In this document: piece by piece, positions 28,482 to 42,093 of the stretch
Layout of the letters: the number at the start of each line of letters is the position of its first letter
How positions within the stretch are numbered: the stretch's first letter is position 1
DNA from: Polyangium sp. 15x6
GTDB lineage: Bacteria > Myxococcota_A > Polyangia > Polyangiales > Polyangiaceae
Length of the DNA: 64,000 nt
NCBI RefSeq assembly: GCF_029960785.1
Contig: NZ_JASBQE010000055.1
Location: forward strand, 1-64,000
Direction of reading: 5' to 3'
The notes under the pieces: model-generated
Seen by the model: only the letters and a program-made list of their open reading frames with translations
The model's database searches: none
What the model was told of the DNA's origin: nothing
Translations under genes and position numbers: made by a program

Positions 28482-31400
28482 TCAAGCCGCGCCGAGGCAC
28501 CCGAGCTCGTCCCGCCTCCGCCGCAATCGCTCGCTCATCACATTCGGGATCCGCGACGCCGCCGCGATGGCCTTGTCGAGCTGGCGCATCGCCCGCTCGC
28601 GCTGGCCGAGGCGAGACGCATGCAGCGCCCGCGCCTCCAGGACCTCGATGTGCTCCTGCCCCACGCTCGCGCGGGCCGAGCGGGCTTCGAGCGCCTCCCA
28701 CGCCGATTCGATGTCGAGAGAGCCGTCGGCTTCCCCCGTCGCGAGCTCGATCATCGCGCAAAGCACGTCCTCCGAGGGCGACATCTCGGCCGCGCCCCCG
28801 CGCAATGCCGAGGCAATGGCGCGCGCCGTCCGCGCATCGCCGCGAAGGAGGGCGATGCGCGCGTCGAGCAGGGCGAGCATGGCCGGACGCACGCAGCCGG
28901 CGCGCCGCGCCGCGACGGACAGCGCCGCGCGGATCATGGGCTCGGCGGCCTCGACGTCGTCCATCCAGTACAGGTGCTCGGCGAGGTTGTAATGACCCGC
29001 GAGCTCCATCGTCGGCTGGGCGAGCTCGCGTCCGAGCTCGCTCGTGCGCTCGAAATCCCGGATCATGCCCTCGCGATCGCCACGAATGGCCCGGACCATC
29101 GCGCGGGTGTTCCACGCGGCGCCGAGGTGCAAAAGGTCGCCGCGCTCCTCGCAGCGGCGAATGACCTCGTCGAGCAATGCCGCGGCCTCGTCCACCCGGC
29201 CGAGCAAGGGCAGGAGGTAGGTGAGGAGGAGATGCGCGATCATATAGGTCTCGTATCCCTCGTCGCCGAGGCGGCTCGCGAGCTCGGCCGCGCGCGAGAG
29301 CTCCTCCGCGGCCTCCTCCTCGCGCTCGGCCCGTAATGCCGAGCGGCCGACGCCGAGCAAGAGGCGCGCTTCGAGGAGCGGCGAGCGCGAAGGGAGGGCC
29401 TGATCCTCGAGACGCGCGGCGAGCACGCGGCGCTCGGCCTCGCGATATTCGCCCATCCAGTCGAGCACCATGGCCTCGTCGAGGTAAAGCTCCACGATGA
29501 GCGACGCCTCCCCGCGCCGCGCCGCGCCCTCGCGCGCCCGCGCGAGCTCGGTGAGCGCGTCGTGAAAACGGCCGAGGCGAAAACGCGAGAGGCCGCGGCC
29601 GCGCTGCGCGCGCGTCGGAAGCTCGCCCCAGAGCGCCTCGGCCTTGCCATAACATCGCTCGGCGTCGAGGTCGTCCTTGCGAGCCGCCGATTGCTCGGCC
29701 GAGGCCAGGTAAAACGAGGCCGCCCGCGCCGAGGCGCCGCCGCGCTCGAAATGCTCCGCCAGGACGAGCGCGTCGGCCTCGCCCTTTTCCTCCAGCCATT
29801 CGGCCGCGAGGTGATGGCCGAGCGCGCGATCCTCGTCCGTGAGCATTGCATACGCGCCCTCGCGCCAGAGCGCCTGCCGGAACGCATACTGGGGTTCGCC
29901 GGGAATGCGGCTCTCGCGCTGGCGCGTGACGATTTCGTGCGAGACGAGGGCCGCGAGGTCACGCGCGACGGATTCGTCGTCGGCGCCCGCGAGGCGCGCG
30001 ACCGCGTCACGCCAGAAGACCTCGCCGAGGATGCTCGCGGCGCGCAAGGTGCGGCGCGCGCTCGGCTCCAGTCGTTCGAGGCGTGATTGCACCATGGCCA
30101 CGACCGTCCCGGGCGGGATGCCACCGCGCCCCTCGGCCTCGGCGCGAATGAGCTCTTCCAGGAAAAACGGGTGCCCCTCGGAGGACGCGACGAGGCGCTC
30201 TTCGAGCCCGGAGCGAAGCTCGCCGAGCGCGTGGCGGACGAGGCGCACGCACGCCCGCGGCGAGAGCGTCCTCAGGCGGACGTCCTGCCGGCCGCGGCTC
30301 GACCAGAGGCCGGGGAAGAGCTCGTCGATCTCGGGGCGCGCCGAGGCGAGGAGGAAGATCGGCTCGAACGCGAGGCCCTCGAGCGCGGCGTCGAGCGCGA
30401 GCAGCGAGGCGCGGTCGCCCCAGTGCACATCTTCGAGGAGGAGGACCAAGGGTTTGTCCGCGCACTCGGCGCGCAAGAAATCGCGCAGGGCGCGCTGCAT
30501 TTGCTCGCCGCAGAGCTCGGGGTCCTGCCGCGCGGCGCGGAGCGGCAAGTCGTCGTCGTCGGGGAAAGGCACGCCCGCGAGCTCGCCGAGGAAGCTCGCG
30601 ACGCGGCGGCGATCCCGCTCGGGGACGCGGCGCGCGACGCGGGCGTAGAGCAGCTCGCGGCGGCGCGCGAGGGGCTCGCCGCCGCGGATGCCCGAGGCGC
30701 CGCGCAGGACCTCGGCGAGCAGGCCGAAGCTCGAAGCGACGCGCAAGGGGTCGCCGCGGCCGAACCAGATCTCGGCGGGCGCGGCCGCGGCCCGCTGGCG
30801 CTCGACGAACTCGTGGAGCAGGCGCGATTTGCCGATGCCCGCGGGGCCGGAGACGACGACGACGCGCGCGGCCGGCTCGTTCTTGCAAGCGCCGAAGGTG
30901 AGGTCGAAGAGGCCGAGCTCGTGCTCACGGCCGACACAAGGCGTGGCCTTGCCGAGCAGGGGCCGCGAGACCTCGAAGCTCGCGCGCTCGCCGAGGAGCG
31001 CGAAGCCGCCGCCTTCGAGGGTCGCGACGTCGAAGCGCGCGTCGAGCAGGCCCGCCGTGGTCTCGTCGAGGGCGATGCGGGCCTCGCCGCCCCGCGCGTG
31101 GAGGAGCCGCGCGGCGCGGTCGATGGCCTCGCCGACGGGCACGCCACGCGCGCGCTCGCCGAAGCCCGCGGCGACGGCCATGGCGGCCCCGGGCGCGCGC
31201 TCCCAGAGGGCGAGCGCGCAGCGGGCGACGTGGGCCGCGACGTCGGTAGGCACGCGCGTCCGATCGATCACCACGGCCGCGGTGCCGTCCGCGAAGACCT
31301 CGAGGTGGCCGCCGAAGCGCTCGGCGATCGCGCCGAGGTCGTCGGTGGGCGACTTGCAGGCCAGCGTGGTCGTCGGGCCGAACGTGCAGCGCGCGGCGTC

Positions 31401-32378
31401 GCGGCGGCCGCGGAGCACGACGCCGAGGAACCTCCGCTCGCCCTCGCCGAGCGTCGATCGGGGCGCGGAGGAGCGTGGGGCCTCCGAGCTCGGGGGCTCG
31501 AGCTCCTGCTCGGCGGAGAGCGCGAGCGCCACGGCGGCGCCGTCTTGCGGCCTGCCGAGCGGGTCCTTGGCGAGCATGCGGGCGACGAGGCCGTCGAGCC
31601 ACGAGGGCACGGTGGGCGCGCGCTCGCCGAGGCGCGGCGCGTCCTCGAAGATGATCTTCGCGAGGACGGCGATCGTGTGATCGGCGCGGAAAGGCGTCGC
31701 GCCGGTGATGCACTCGAACATCAGGCATCCGAGCGAGAAGACGTCGGCGCTCGCCTTCACGATGCTGCCGCTGCGGACCTGCTCGGGCGCCATGTAGCTC
31801 GGCGTGCCAATGACGGTGCCGGTCTGCGTGATGCGCGAGGCCTCGCCGCAATGCGCGATGCCGAAGTCGAGGATACGTGGCTCGGCGACGGATCCGTTCA
31901 CGAGGAAGACGTTCTGCGGCTTGAGATCGCGGTGCACGACGCCGGCGTCGTGCGCGACGGAGAGGGCCTCGGCGAGGCGCTGGCCGAGCGTGACGGTCTC
32001 GCGGAGCGAGAGCGGCCCGCGGGCGAGCCTGCGCCCGAGGTCCTCCCCTTCGAGCCATTCCATCACGAGCAGCGGGCTCGACGCCGAGGACGTGTCGTAG
32101 GCGACGTAGCGGACGATACCGGGGTGCGAGAGGCGCTCCAGGATCTGCGCCTCGCGGCGGAAGCGCGAGAGGCTCTCGGGAGAAACGGCGACGAGGATCT
32201 TCGCGGCGACGACGTGACCGGTCACGAGGTCGGTGGCGCGAAAGATTTCGCCCATGCCCCCTGCATTGACACGCGCCTCGACGCGGAAGCGCCCACCGAG
32301 CACTTCTCCCGGCCGCACGAGGGGAAGCGTAACCCTAGGATTTCCGGCGTCCAGGGACCATCGGAAAGGAAACGACAA
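28482..32378 (-). CDS. Ser/Thr protein kinase fused to a cyclase-like region, an AAA ATPase and TPR repeats (STAND-type); paralogue of 5390..9268
   Basis: GGMGEIFRA, AAKIL, HRDLKPQNVFL, DFG, MAPE; P-loop GPAGIGKSRL; helical repeats. Confidence 0.85.
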   Translation of the reverse strand: MSFPFRWSLDAGNPRVTLPLVRPGEVLGGRFRVEARVNAGGMGEIFRATDLVTGHVVAAKILVAVSPESLSRFRREAQILERLSHPGIVRYVAYDTSSASSPLLVMEWLEGEDLGRRLARGPLSLRETVTLGQRLAEALSVAHDAGVVHRDLKPQNVFLVNGSVAEPRILDFGIAHCGEASRITQTGTVIGTPSYMAPEQVRSGSIVKASADVFSLGCLMFECITGATPFRADHTIAVLAKIIFEDAPRLGERAPTVPSWLDGLVARMLAKDPLGRPQDGAAVALALSAEQELEPPSSEAPRSSAPRSTLGEGERRFLGVVLRGRRDAARCTFGPTTTLACKSPTDDLGAIAERFGGHLEVFADGTAAVVIDRTRVPTDVAAHVARCALALWERAPGAAMAVAAGFGERARGVPVGEAIDRAARLLHARGGEARIALDETTAGLLDARFDVATLEGGGFALLGERASFEVSRPLLGKATPCVGREHELGLFDLTFGACKNEPAARVVVVSGPAGIGKSRLLHEFVERQRAAAAPAEIWFGRGDPLRVASSFGLLAEVLRGASGIRGGEPLARRRELLYARVARRVPERDRRRVASFLGELAGVPFPDDDDLPLRAARQDPELCGEQMQRALRDFLRAECADKPLVLLLEDVHWGDRASLLALDAALEGLAFEPIFLLASARPEIDELFPGLWSSRGRQDVRLRTLSPRACVRLVRHALGELRSGLEERLVASSEGHPFFLEELIRAEAEGRGGIPPGTVVAMVQSRLERLEPSARRTLRAASILGEVFWRDAVARLAGADDESVARDLAALVSHEIVTRQRESRIPGEPQYAFRQALWREGAYAMLTDEDRALGHHLAAEWLEEKGEADALVLAEHFERGGASARAASFYLASAEQSAARKDDLDAERCYGKAEALWGELPTRAQRGRGLSRFRLGRFHDALTELARAREGAARRGEASLIVELYLDEAMVLDWMGEYREAERRVLAARLEDQALPSRSPLLEARLLLGVGRSALRAEREEEAAEELSRAAELASRLGDEGYETYMIAHLLLTYLLPLLGRVDEAAALLDEVIRRCEERGDLLHLGAAWNTRAMVRAIRGDREGMIRDFERTSELGRELAQPTMELAGHYNLAEHLYWMDDVEAAEPMIRAALSVAARRAGCVRPAMLALLDARIALLRGDARTARAIASALRGGAAEMSPSEDVLCAMIELATGEADGSLDIESAWEALEARSARASVGQEHIEVLEARALHASRLGQRERAMRQLDKAIAAASRIPNVMSERLRRRRDELGCLGAA

Positions 32379-32468
32379 TCGATATCCGACCGGGTCGAAT
32401 GTAATGGCGTGGAGCCCGCCTGGAACGGAGGAAGGCGTGGGAAGGAAGACTGCACTTTCGGGGTGGTA

Positions 32469-33305
32469 TCAGGGCAATCCAGTGGTAAGTACGAACTTCG
32501 TGGTCGTCGAGCTCTGGCCGGGCCTTTCGGTGCAGGACGGATAATATTGACCCGCGCCGTTCAAGGTCTGGCACACCGAGGAGCAGGGGCCGACGATGTC
32601 GATCATCCCGCACTCCTCGACGCCTCCGCCGGCGACGAGGTGCCCCACGGCGCAATCGCGCTTCCAGGCGCGGGAGTTCGATACCGTATTGCTGTTGTAG
32701 CAGGCGTGAAGGAACGGCGTGGGCGCCCAGAGGTTGCCCCAGAACGCGCCCTCGACGTCCGGATACGCGGCGAGCTCGGGGCAGTTGGTGAGCGTCTTCA
32801 AGGGCTCGGTGAGCGAGCGCATCGAAATGGCGACGGGCACCTCGTAATAATTGACGCGGGCCGCCAGGCAGGCGCTCACCATGTACTGACCTTGTGTATT
32901 CAGCGGCCCCGTGGCCCAGCCGGGCGCGACGCCGAGCTCGCCCCAATACGTCTCGTCGTGGACCACGTCCGACGCGTCGGTCCAGGCGAAGGAAAAACGC
33001 TGCGAGGTGGTGAAGGCGCAGCCGACCGCATACTTGAGGAACATGCGGGCGAGCGCGCCATTGGATCCCGGGGCCTCGATCGCCGCGAGGGCCCTCGGGT
33101 CGAGGGTATTCAGCGCGATCCCGTTCAGGGCGATCCCGTTCAGCGCGAGCGAATTGAGCGCGAGCGCGTTCGAGGACAGGTGGTTTCCCTGCACCAGCGC
33201 GACCTCCGCCTCCGCGACGTCATCGGAAGTCTCGTCGATGTAAGCGGTGCAACCAAAAGTGAGGAGCAAGAACGCCAGCAACCACGACCAAGCTCGCATG
33301 TGCAC
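32469..33305 (-). CDS. secreted Cys-containing protein with (x-A-L-N-x) pentapeptide-like tandem repeats, 278 aa; family member A
   Basis: Signal peptide MHMRAWSWLLAFLLLTFGC. Repeat block ALALNSLALNGIALNGIALNTLDP. Conserved C-terminus HACYNSNT...EECGMIDIVGPCS. Confidence 0.6.
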   Translation of the reverse strand: MHMRAWSWLLAFLLLTFGCTAYIDETSDDVAEAEVALVQGNHLSSNALALNSLALNGIALNGIALNTLDPRALAAIEAPGSNGALARMFLKYAVGCAFTTSQRFSFAWTDASDVVHDETYWGELGVAPGWATGPLNTQGQYMVSACLAARVNYYEVPVAISMRSLTEPLKTLTNCPELAAYPDVEGAFWGNLWAPTPFLHACYNSNTVSNSRAWKRDCAVGHLVAGGGVEECGMIDIVGPCSSVCQTLNGAGQYYPSCTERPGQSSTTTKFVLTTGLP

Positions 33306-33437
33306 CTCCAGGGAACGGAATTCTCCCCGGGGCGGTTCGTCCGCGGGGGTAACCGGCTCCGATGAGCTCTGGCTATGGTGCGTTGCGCGGTTCGGTCGTG
33401 CGCCGTGGGCGGGGAGGTGTCCCGGTCGAAACGGGGA

Positions 33438-34274
33438 TCAGGGCAGCGAGGTCGTGACCACGAGCTTCGTATTGGCGTTTCCGGCGGAGTAAGGTTTTTC
33501 CACGCAGAAGGGGTAATACTGGCCGCCGCCATTCAAAGACGCACATACGGTGCTGCACGGGCCGACGACGTCGATCATGCCGCACTCCTCGATCGTGCCG
33601 TCGTCGCGCACATGGCCCGTGGCGCAGTCCCGGCGCCACGCCCGGGAGTTCGCGACGGTCGCGCTGTTGTAGCAGGCATGGATGGCCGGTGACGCGCCCC
33701 AGAGGTTGCCCCAGAACGCGCCCTCGACATGCGGAAAATCGAGGAGCTCCTGGGAGCCGGAGAGGAGCCGGAGCGAATACTCCATCGACCGGAGCGAGAG
33801 CAGCACCGGAACCTCGTAATAATTGACGCGGGCGGCCACGCAGGCGCTCACCATGCGCTGGCCATTGAGGTCGAGCGGCCCCGTGGCCCAGGTCGGAGCG
33901 ACGCCGAGCTCGCCCGGATAGGTCTCGTGGTGCGAGACGTTCGTCGCGTCGGTCCAGCTGAACGAAAAGCTCTGCGAGGTGGTGAGGGCGCAACCGACGG
34001 CGTACCGGACGAACGCGCGGGCCCGCGCGCCCCGGTCCGTCGGATCCTGGATCGCCGCGAGCGACTGCGGGTCCAGCGTGTTGAGGGCGATCCCGTTCAG
34101 GGCGATCCCGTTCAGCGCCAGCGAATTGAGCGCGAGCGCGTTCGACGACAGTTTGTTGCCGTCCACGAGCGCGCCTTCGATTTCAAGGGTATCTTCGGAG
34201 GGATCGAGGCCGTTTTCCGCGCAGCCCAAGAAGAAAAAACCTGACAATCCCAAGGTGCAAAGCCCGATACGCAT
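33438..34274 (-). CDS. secreted repeat protein, family member B, 278 aa
   Basis: ATG at 34274 with a GAGGAGG RBS. Signal peptide MRIGLCTLGLSGFFFLGC. Same repeat block and C-terminal motifs as A. Trimmed from the 388-aa six-frame ORF. Confidence 0.65.
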   Translation of the reverse strand: MRIGLCTLGLSGFFFLGCAENGLDPSEDTLEIEGALVDGNKLSSNALALNSLALNGIALNGIALNTLDPQSLAAIQDPTDRGARARAFVRYAVGCALTTSQSFSFSWTDATNVSHHETYPGELGVAPTWATGPLDLNGQRMVSACVAARVNYYEVPVLLSLRSMEYSLRLLSGSQELLDFPHVEGAFWGNLWGASPAIHACYNSATVANSRAWRRDCATGHVRDDGTIEECGMIDVVGPCSTVCASLNGGGQYYPFCVEKPYSAGNANTKLVVTTSLP

Positions 34275-34459
34275 ACATTCCTCCTCATTGTGGACGTCCG
34301 TCAGCGCGTGAACGACACACGGAAAAACACGCGTGGGTCGGATCGCCGACGGGTTCGTGCTTGGATGAGGTAGGAGCGCAACGCGTTGCGCGGCCGAGCA
34401 TCGCGCCGGTCGCGCGGAGGAGGGCGTGTGCGGGACGGACCCGGTGGGAATGGGCCCGT

Positions 34460-35299
34460 TCAGGGCAGCGCGGTCGTGATGATGTGCTCGGTCATGGTGG
34501 GATCCTGCCCCGGGTGAACGATGCACGAGGGGTACGCGCCCGTCTCGTCGTTCACCGGCTCGCAGACGTCGCTGCACGGACCCACGATATCGATGATGCC
34601 GCACTCCTCGACGGAGTTGTCGGGGTTCAGGTGGCCCGCGGCGCAGTCACGGGAATGGGCGCGGGAGTTCGCGATCGTCTCGGCGTTGTAACAGGCGTGG
34701 ATGTAGGGCGAGTCGCCCCAGAGGTTGCCCCAGAACGCGCCCTCGATGTTCGGGTAGTTCGTGAGCTCGGCCGGGTCGACGACCTTCAATGGGGCCTCGG
34801 GAGCCCGCATCGAGATCGTCACGTGCGTGCCGTAGTAGTTCGTGAGCCCGGCCAGGCAGGCGCTCACCATGCGCTGGCCCGTCAGGTCGAGCGGGCCCGA
34901 GTGCCAATACGGCGCGAGCCCGAGGACGCCAGGGTAGCTCTCGGGATGCTCGACGCCCTGCGCGTCGGTCCAGGCAAACGCGAACGTCTGGCCCGCCTCG
35001 AGCGCGCAGCTCACGGCGTACTTGACGAACTCACGGGCGAGGTCGCCGTTCGCCCCGGGATCCCGGATCGCCGAGAATGAACTCGGGTCGAGCGCATTCA
35101 GGTTGAGCGCATTCAAGTTGAGCGCGTTCAAGTTGAGCGCGTTCAGGTTGAGCGCATTCAAGTTGAGCGCATTGTTCTTGATGAACGCGCTCTCCGCTTC
35201 GCCGACCGCCTCCTCCCCCTCCGGACCCACGTCCGCGATGCACCCTCCAAGAGCCGCCGCCAAAACCACGAGCTGAGCCCCTCGACCGAGAACACGCAT
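34460..35299 (-). CDS. secreted repeat protein, family member C, 279 aa, with an expanded (NALNL)6 repeat
   Basis: ATG at 35299. Signal peptide MRVLGRGAQLVVLAAALGGC. NALNLNALNLNALNLNALNLNALNLNALDP. An AT-rich promoter region lies upstream (35300..35528). Confidence 0.65.
   Translation of the reverse strand: MRVLGRGAQLVVLAAALGGCIADVGPEGEEAVGEAESAFIKNNALNLNALNLNALNLNALNLNALNLNALDPSSFSAIRDPGANGDLAREFVKYAVSCALEAGQTFAFAWTDAQGVEHPESYPGVLGLAPYWHSGPLDLTGQRMVSACLAGLTNYYGTHVTISMRAPEAPLKVVDPAELTNYPNIEGAFWGNLWGDSPYIHACYNAETIANSRAHSRDCAAGHLNPDNSVEECGIIDIVGPCSDVCEPVNDETGAYPSCIVHPGQDPTMTEHIITTALP
35092..35174 (-). repeat. 15-bp tandem repeat (about 5.5 copies) encoding (NALNL)n
   Basis: gcgcattcaggttga / gcgcattcaagttga / gcgcgttcaagttga / gcgcgttcaggttga / gcgcattcaagttga read directly from the sequence. 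Confidence 0.8.
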
Positions 35300-35528
35300 G
35301 ATTGACCTCCGCTCCTGCAGAAAAAAACCAACGGAGCCGAATGACGCAGAGTTTCCGGACATTCCATTATGTCTAGATGCATTCCAAGAACGAAGCAAGC
35401 AGAAAAATGGCACGAACCACTGCGCCGAAATTGCTCAACATGCGCAAGCGCCGCGCGGCGCCAAATAAGAAGGGTGCGTCGGCGCACGATCGCGACGCAT
35501 TGCATACAGTAAAAACCTGATGCGGCCC

Positions 35529-39371
<3,843 letters not shown>

Positions 39372-39579
39372 CCCGAAGGCGGTTTACGAAGAGCGTGGTC
39401 CGACGACGTCGAGGTCCCGTTTGCCCGCACCGTTACCAGCATACGCGTCGCCGGGGCGCGGATCATCTTCTCTACGCGGTCATGACGAACGTCACGCGCG
39501 TGGCGGCCCTGGGCGGAAGGGCCCCCACGAGCCTCCCGTACCGTCCCGTCACCCTTTCGCACGTCCGCACGTCCCCCCG

Positions 39580-39615
39580 TTGACGGAGCAGTGAACGGAT
39601 TTATGGTTCGTTCAC
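39580..39615 (+). promoter_or_regulatory. putative lon promoter (TTGACG -N17- TATGGT) overlapped by the inverted repeat GTGAACG-N11-CGTTCAC
   Basis: -35-like TTGACG at 39580-39585, -10-like TATGGT at 39602-39607, inverted repeat at 39591-39615, 73 nt upstream of the lon ATG. Confidence 0.3.
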
Positions 39616-39687
39616 GCCTCGCGCCACCGGACCGGCGACGCCGACCGTGGCGAGGCGCTCTTTCCTGAAGTCCCAAGGAGTCCCACG

Positions 39688-42081
39688 ATGACGACCCTCC
39701 GCGACGGGGCCCGCGCGCCCTCTTCTCCATTTCCGGTGCTTCCGCTCCGCAACGGGGTGCTCTTTCCCGGCGCGGTGATCGCTCTGCCCATCGGCCGCGA
39801 GCGTTCGGTAGCGCTCGTCCGCACGCTGAGCAAGGGGGACGTGATCGGCGTCCTCACCCAGAAAGACCGCAACCTCGGGGATCCGGCCGAGTCGGATCTC
39901 TATCGCCTCGGGACGTTCGCCCGGGTGGTGGAGACGGGCAGGCTGCCGAGCGGGGACATGAAGCTCGTCATCGAGGGCGTGGGCCGCATGCACCTCGGTC
40001 GAATCGTGCGTCGGGATCCGTTCTGGCTCGCGGAAGGCGAGGTCGCCGCGGAGACGAGCGAATCGAGCGAGGAGGCCAAGCTCTTCGCCCGCGCGCTCTT
40101 CGATCAGGTGCGCGAGCTCGGCCGCGGAATCGAGAATTCGATCGAGCCGTCGCTCGCCGAGGAGGATCCGGGCCTGTTCGCGGATCGGGTCTCGGCGCTG
40201 CTCGGGCTCACGTCGGACAAGGACATGCGGGTGCTCGAAGCGCTCGACGTGGTCGAGCGGCTGCGTATCGTCGCGGGCTTCGTCATCGAGCAGAAATCGC
40301 TCTCCGAGGTGAAGCGCAAGATCGAGCAGGACGTGCGGCGCGAGATCGGCAATCACCAGCGCGAGGCGATCCTGCGCGAGCAGCTCCGGGCCATCAAGAA
40401 AGAGCTCGGCGAGGAGGGCTCGGACGACGAGACGGGCAAGCTGCGCGAGCGGCTGGAGAAAGCGAATCTGCCCGAGGAAGCGCGCGCCGTCGCCGATCGC
40501 GAGCTCAAGCGGCTCGAAGCGCTCTCGCCGCAGCAGGCCGAATACAACGTGATCCGGACGTACCTCGACTGGATCGCGGAGCTGCCGTGGACCGAGCGCG
40601 CCGATGCGAAAGACGATATCGACGCGGTCGGCAAGAAGCTCGACGAGGACCATTACGGTCTCGGCGACGTGAAGCGCCGGATCCTGGAGCACATCGCGGT
40701 GCTGAAATTGATGGGCACGGCGAAGGGCAGCATTCTCTGCCTCGCGGGTCCGCCCGGGGTCGGCAAGACCTCGATCGGGCAATCGATCGCGGACGCGACG
40801 GGCCGGCCGTTCGTGCGAATCGCGCTCGGCGGCGTGCGCGACGAGGCGGAGATCCGCGGGCACCGGCGCACGTACGTGGCGGCGCTCCCGGGCCGGATCA
40901 TCCACGGGATGAAGAAGGCGAAGGTGAAGAACCCGGTCGTCCTGCTCGACGAGATCGACAAACTCGCGGTGGGCTGGGCGGGCAATCCCGAGGCGGCGCT
41001 GCTCGAGGTCTTGGATCCGGAGCAAAACAAGACGTTCCAGGACCATTACCTGGAGCTGCCGTTCGACCTGTCCGAGGCGCTCTTCGTCTGCACGGCGAAC
41101 GACCTCGGCACGCTGTCGGCGCCGCTCCGCGACCGATTGGAGATCATCGAGGTCCCCGGATACACGCCGGACGAGAAGGCGCAGATCGCGCGCCGGCATC
41201 TGATCCCGAAGCAGCTCGCGGCGCACGGGATCCCCGAGGGCACGTTGACGATCACGGACGACGCGCTCCGGGCCATCGTGCGCGATTACACGCGGGAGGC
41301 GGGCGTTCGTCAGCTCGAACGGGAAATCAAGAAGCTTTGCCGCGCGCTTTCTCTGGAGGTGGCGCGGGCGAAGGACGAAAAACCGAACCTGCACGTGGAG
41401 GAGAGCGATCTCGGAAAATACCTCGGCAAGGTGAAGTTTTTCGCGGAGGTGGCGGAGCGGACGGCGTCGGCGGGCGTGGCGACGGGCATGGCATGGACGC
41501 CGGTGGGCGGCGACATTCTGTTCATCGAGACGAGCCGGATGCCGGGCCGAGGTCGCGTGGAAATCACGGGGCAGCTCGGCGACGTGATGAAGGAATCGGC
41601 GAAGGCGGCGCTCTCGTACGTGAAGAGCCACGCGGCGGAGCTCGGCGTGGATGCGTCGAAGCTCGAAGAGGAGGACCTGCACATCCACGTGCCCGCGGGC
41701 GCCGTGCCCAAGGACGGGCCGAGCGCGGGCGTGACGATGTTCACAGCGCTGACGTCGCTGCTCTCGTCGCGGCGGGTGCGCAGCGATACGGCGATGACCG
41801 GCGAATGCACGCTGCGCGGGCGCGTGCTCCCCGTCGGCGGGATCAAAGCGAAGGTGATGGCCGCGCATCGGGCCGGCATCAAGCGGGTGATCCTGCCGCA
41901 AAAGAACGCGCGCGACGTCGAGGAGGTGCCGGAGGAGGTGCGTAGCTCGCTGACGTTCGTGTTCGCCGAGGACATGAGCCAGGTGATCCACGCAGCGCTG
42001 GAAGATCGGCCGGCCGACGAAGAGACCGTCCCGCTCGGCAGCGACGCGGAGACGTCCGGCGAAGTTCGCGCGGTTCATTGA
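39688..42081 (+). CDS. lon: ATP-dependent Lon protease
   Basis: Lon N-domain. Walker A GPPGVGKTS, Walker B LLDEIDK. Catalytic Ser in PKDGPSAGVTMFTAL and Lys in GGIKAKVMAAHRAG. RBS AAGGAG. Confidence 0.95.
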   Translation: MTTLRDGARAPSSPFPVLPLRNGVLFPGAVIALPIGRERSVALVRTLSKGDVIGVLTQKDRNLGDPAESDLYRLGTFARVVETGRLPSGDMKLVIEGVGRMHLGRIVRRDPFWLAEGEVAAETSESSEEAKLFARALFDQVRELGRGIENSIEPSLAEEDPGLFADRVSALLGLTSDKDMRVLEALDVVERLRIVAGFVIEQKSLSEVKRKIEQDVRREIGNHQREAILREQLRAIKKELGEEGSDDETGKLRERLEKANLPEEARAVADRELKRLEALSPQQAEYNVIRTYLDWIAELPWTERADAKDDIDAVGKKLDEDHYGLGDVKRRILEHIAVLKLMGTAKGSILCLAGPPGVGKTSIGQSIADATGRPFVRIALGGVRDEAEIRGHRRTYVAALPGRIIHGMKKAKVKNPVVLLDEIDKLAVGWAGNPEAALLEVLDPEQNKTFQDHYLELPFDLSEALFVCTANDLGTLSAPLRDRLEIIEVPGYTPDEKAQIARRHLIPKQLAAHGIPEGTLTITDDALRAIVRDYTREAGVRQLEREIKKLCRALSLEVARAKDEKPNLHVEESDLGKYLGKVKFFAEVAERTASAGVATGMAWTPVGGDILFIETSRMPGRGRVEITGQLGDVMKESAKAALSYVKSHAAELGVDASKLEEEDLHIHVPAGAVPKDGPSAGVTMFTALTSLLSSRRVRSDTAMTGECTLRGRVLPVGGIKAKVMAAHRAGIKRVILPQKNARDVEEVPEEVRSSLTFVFAEDMSQVIHAALEDRPADEETVPLGSDAETSGEVRAVH

Positions 42082-42093
42082 GGATCGACGAGG

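Noticed and set aside
30087-33365. Long plus-strand ORFs (1092 aa here and 1123 aa at 36114..39485) opposite the two minus-strand kinases
   Set aside because: Antisense artefacts (Arg/Glu/Asp-rich). The kinase frames carry complete catalytic motifs.
35420-35440. Sigma-54-like TGGCAC-N6-CTGC on the plus strand in the AT-rich spacer
   Set aside because: Wrong spacing (6 rather than 5), and on the strand that points into the antisense of the kinase gene.
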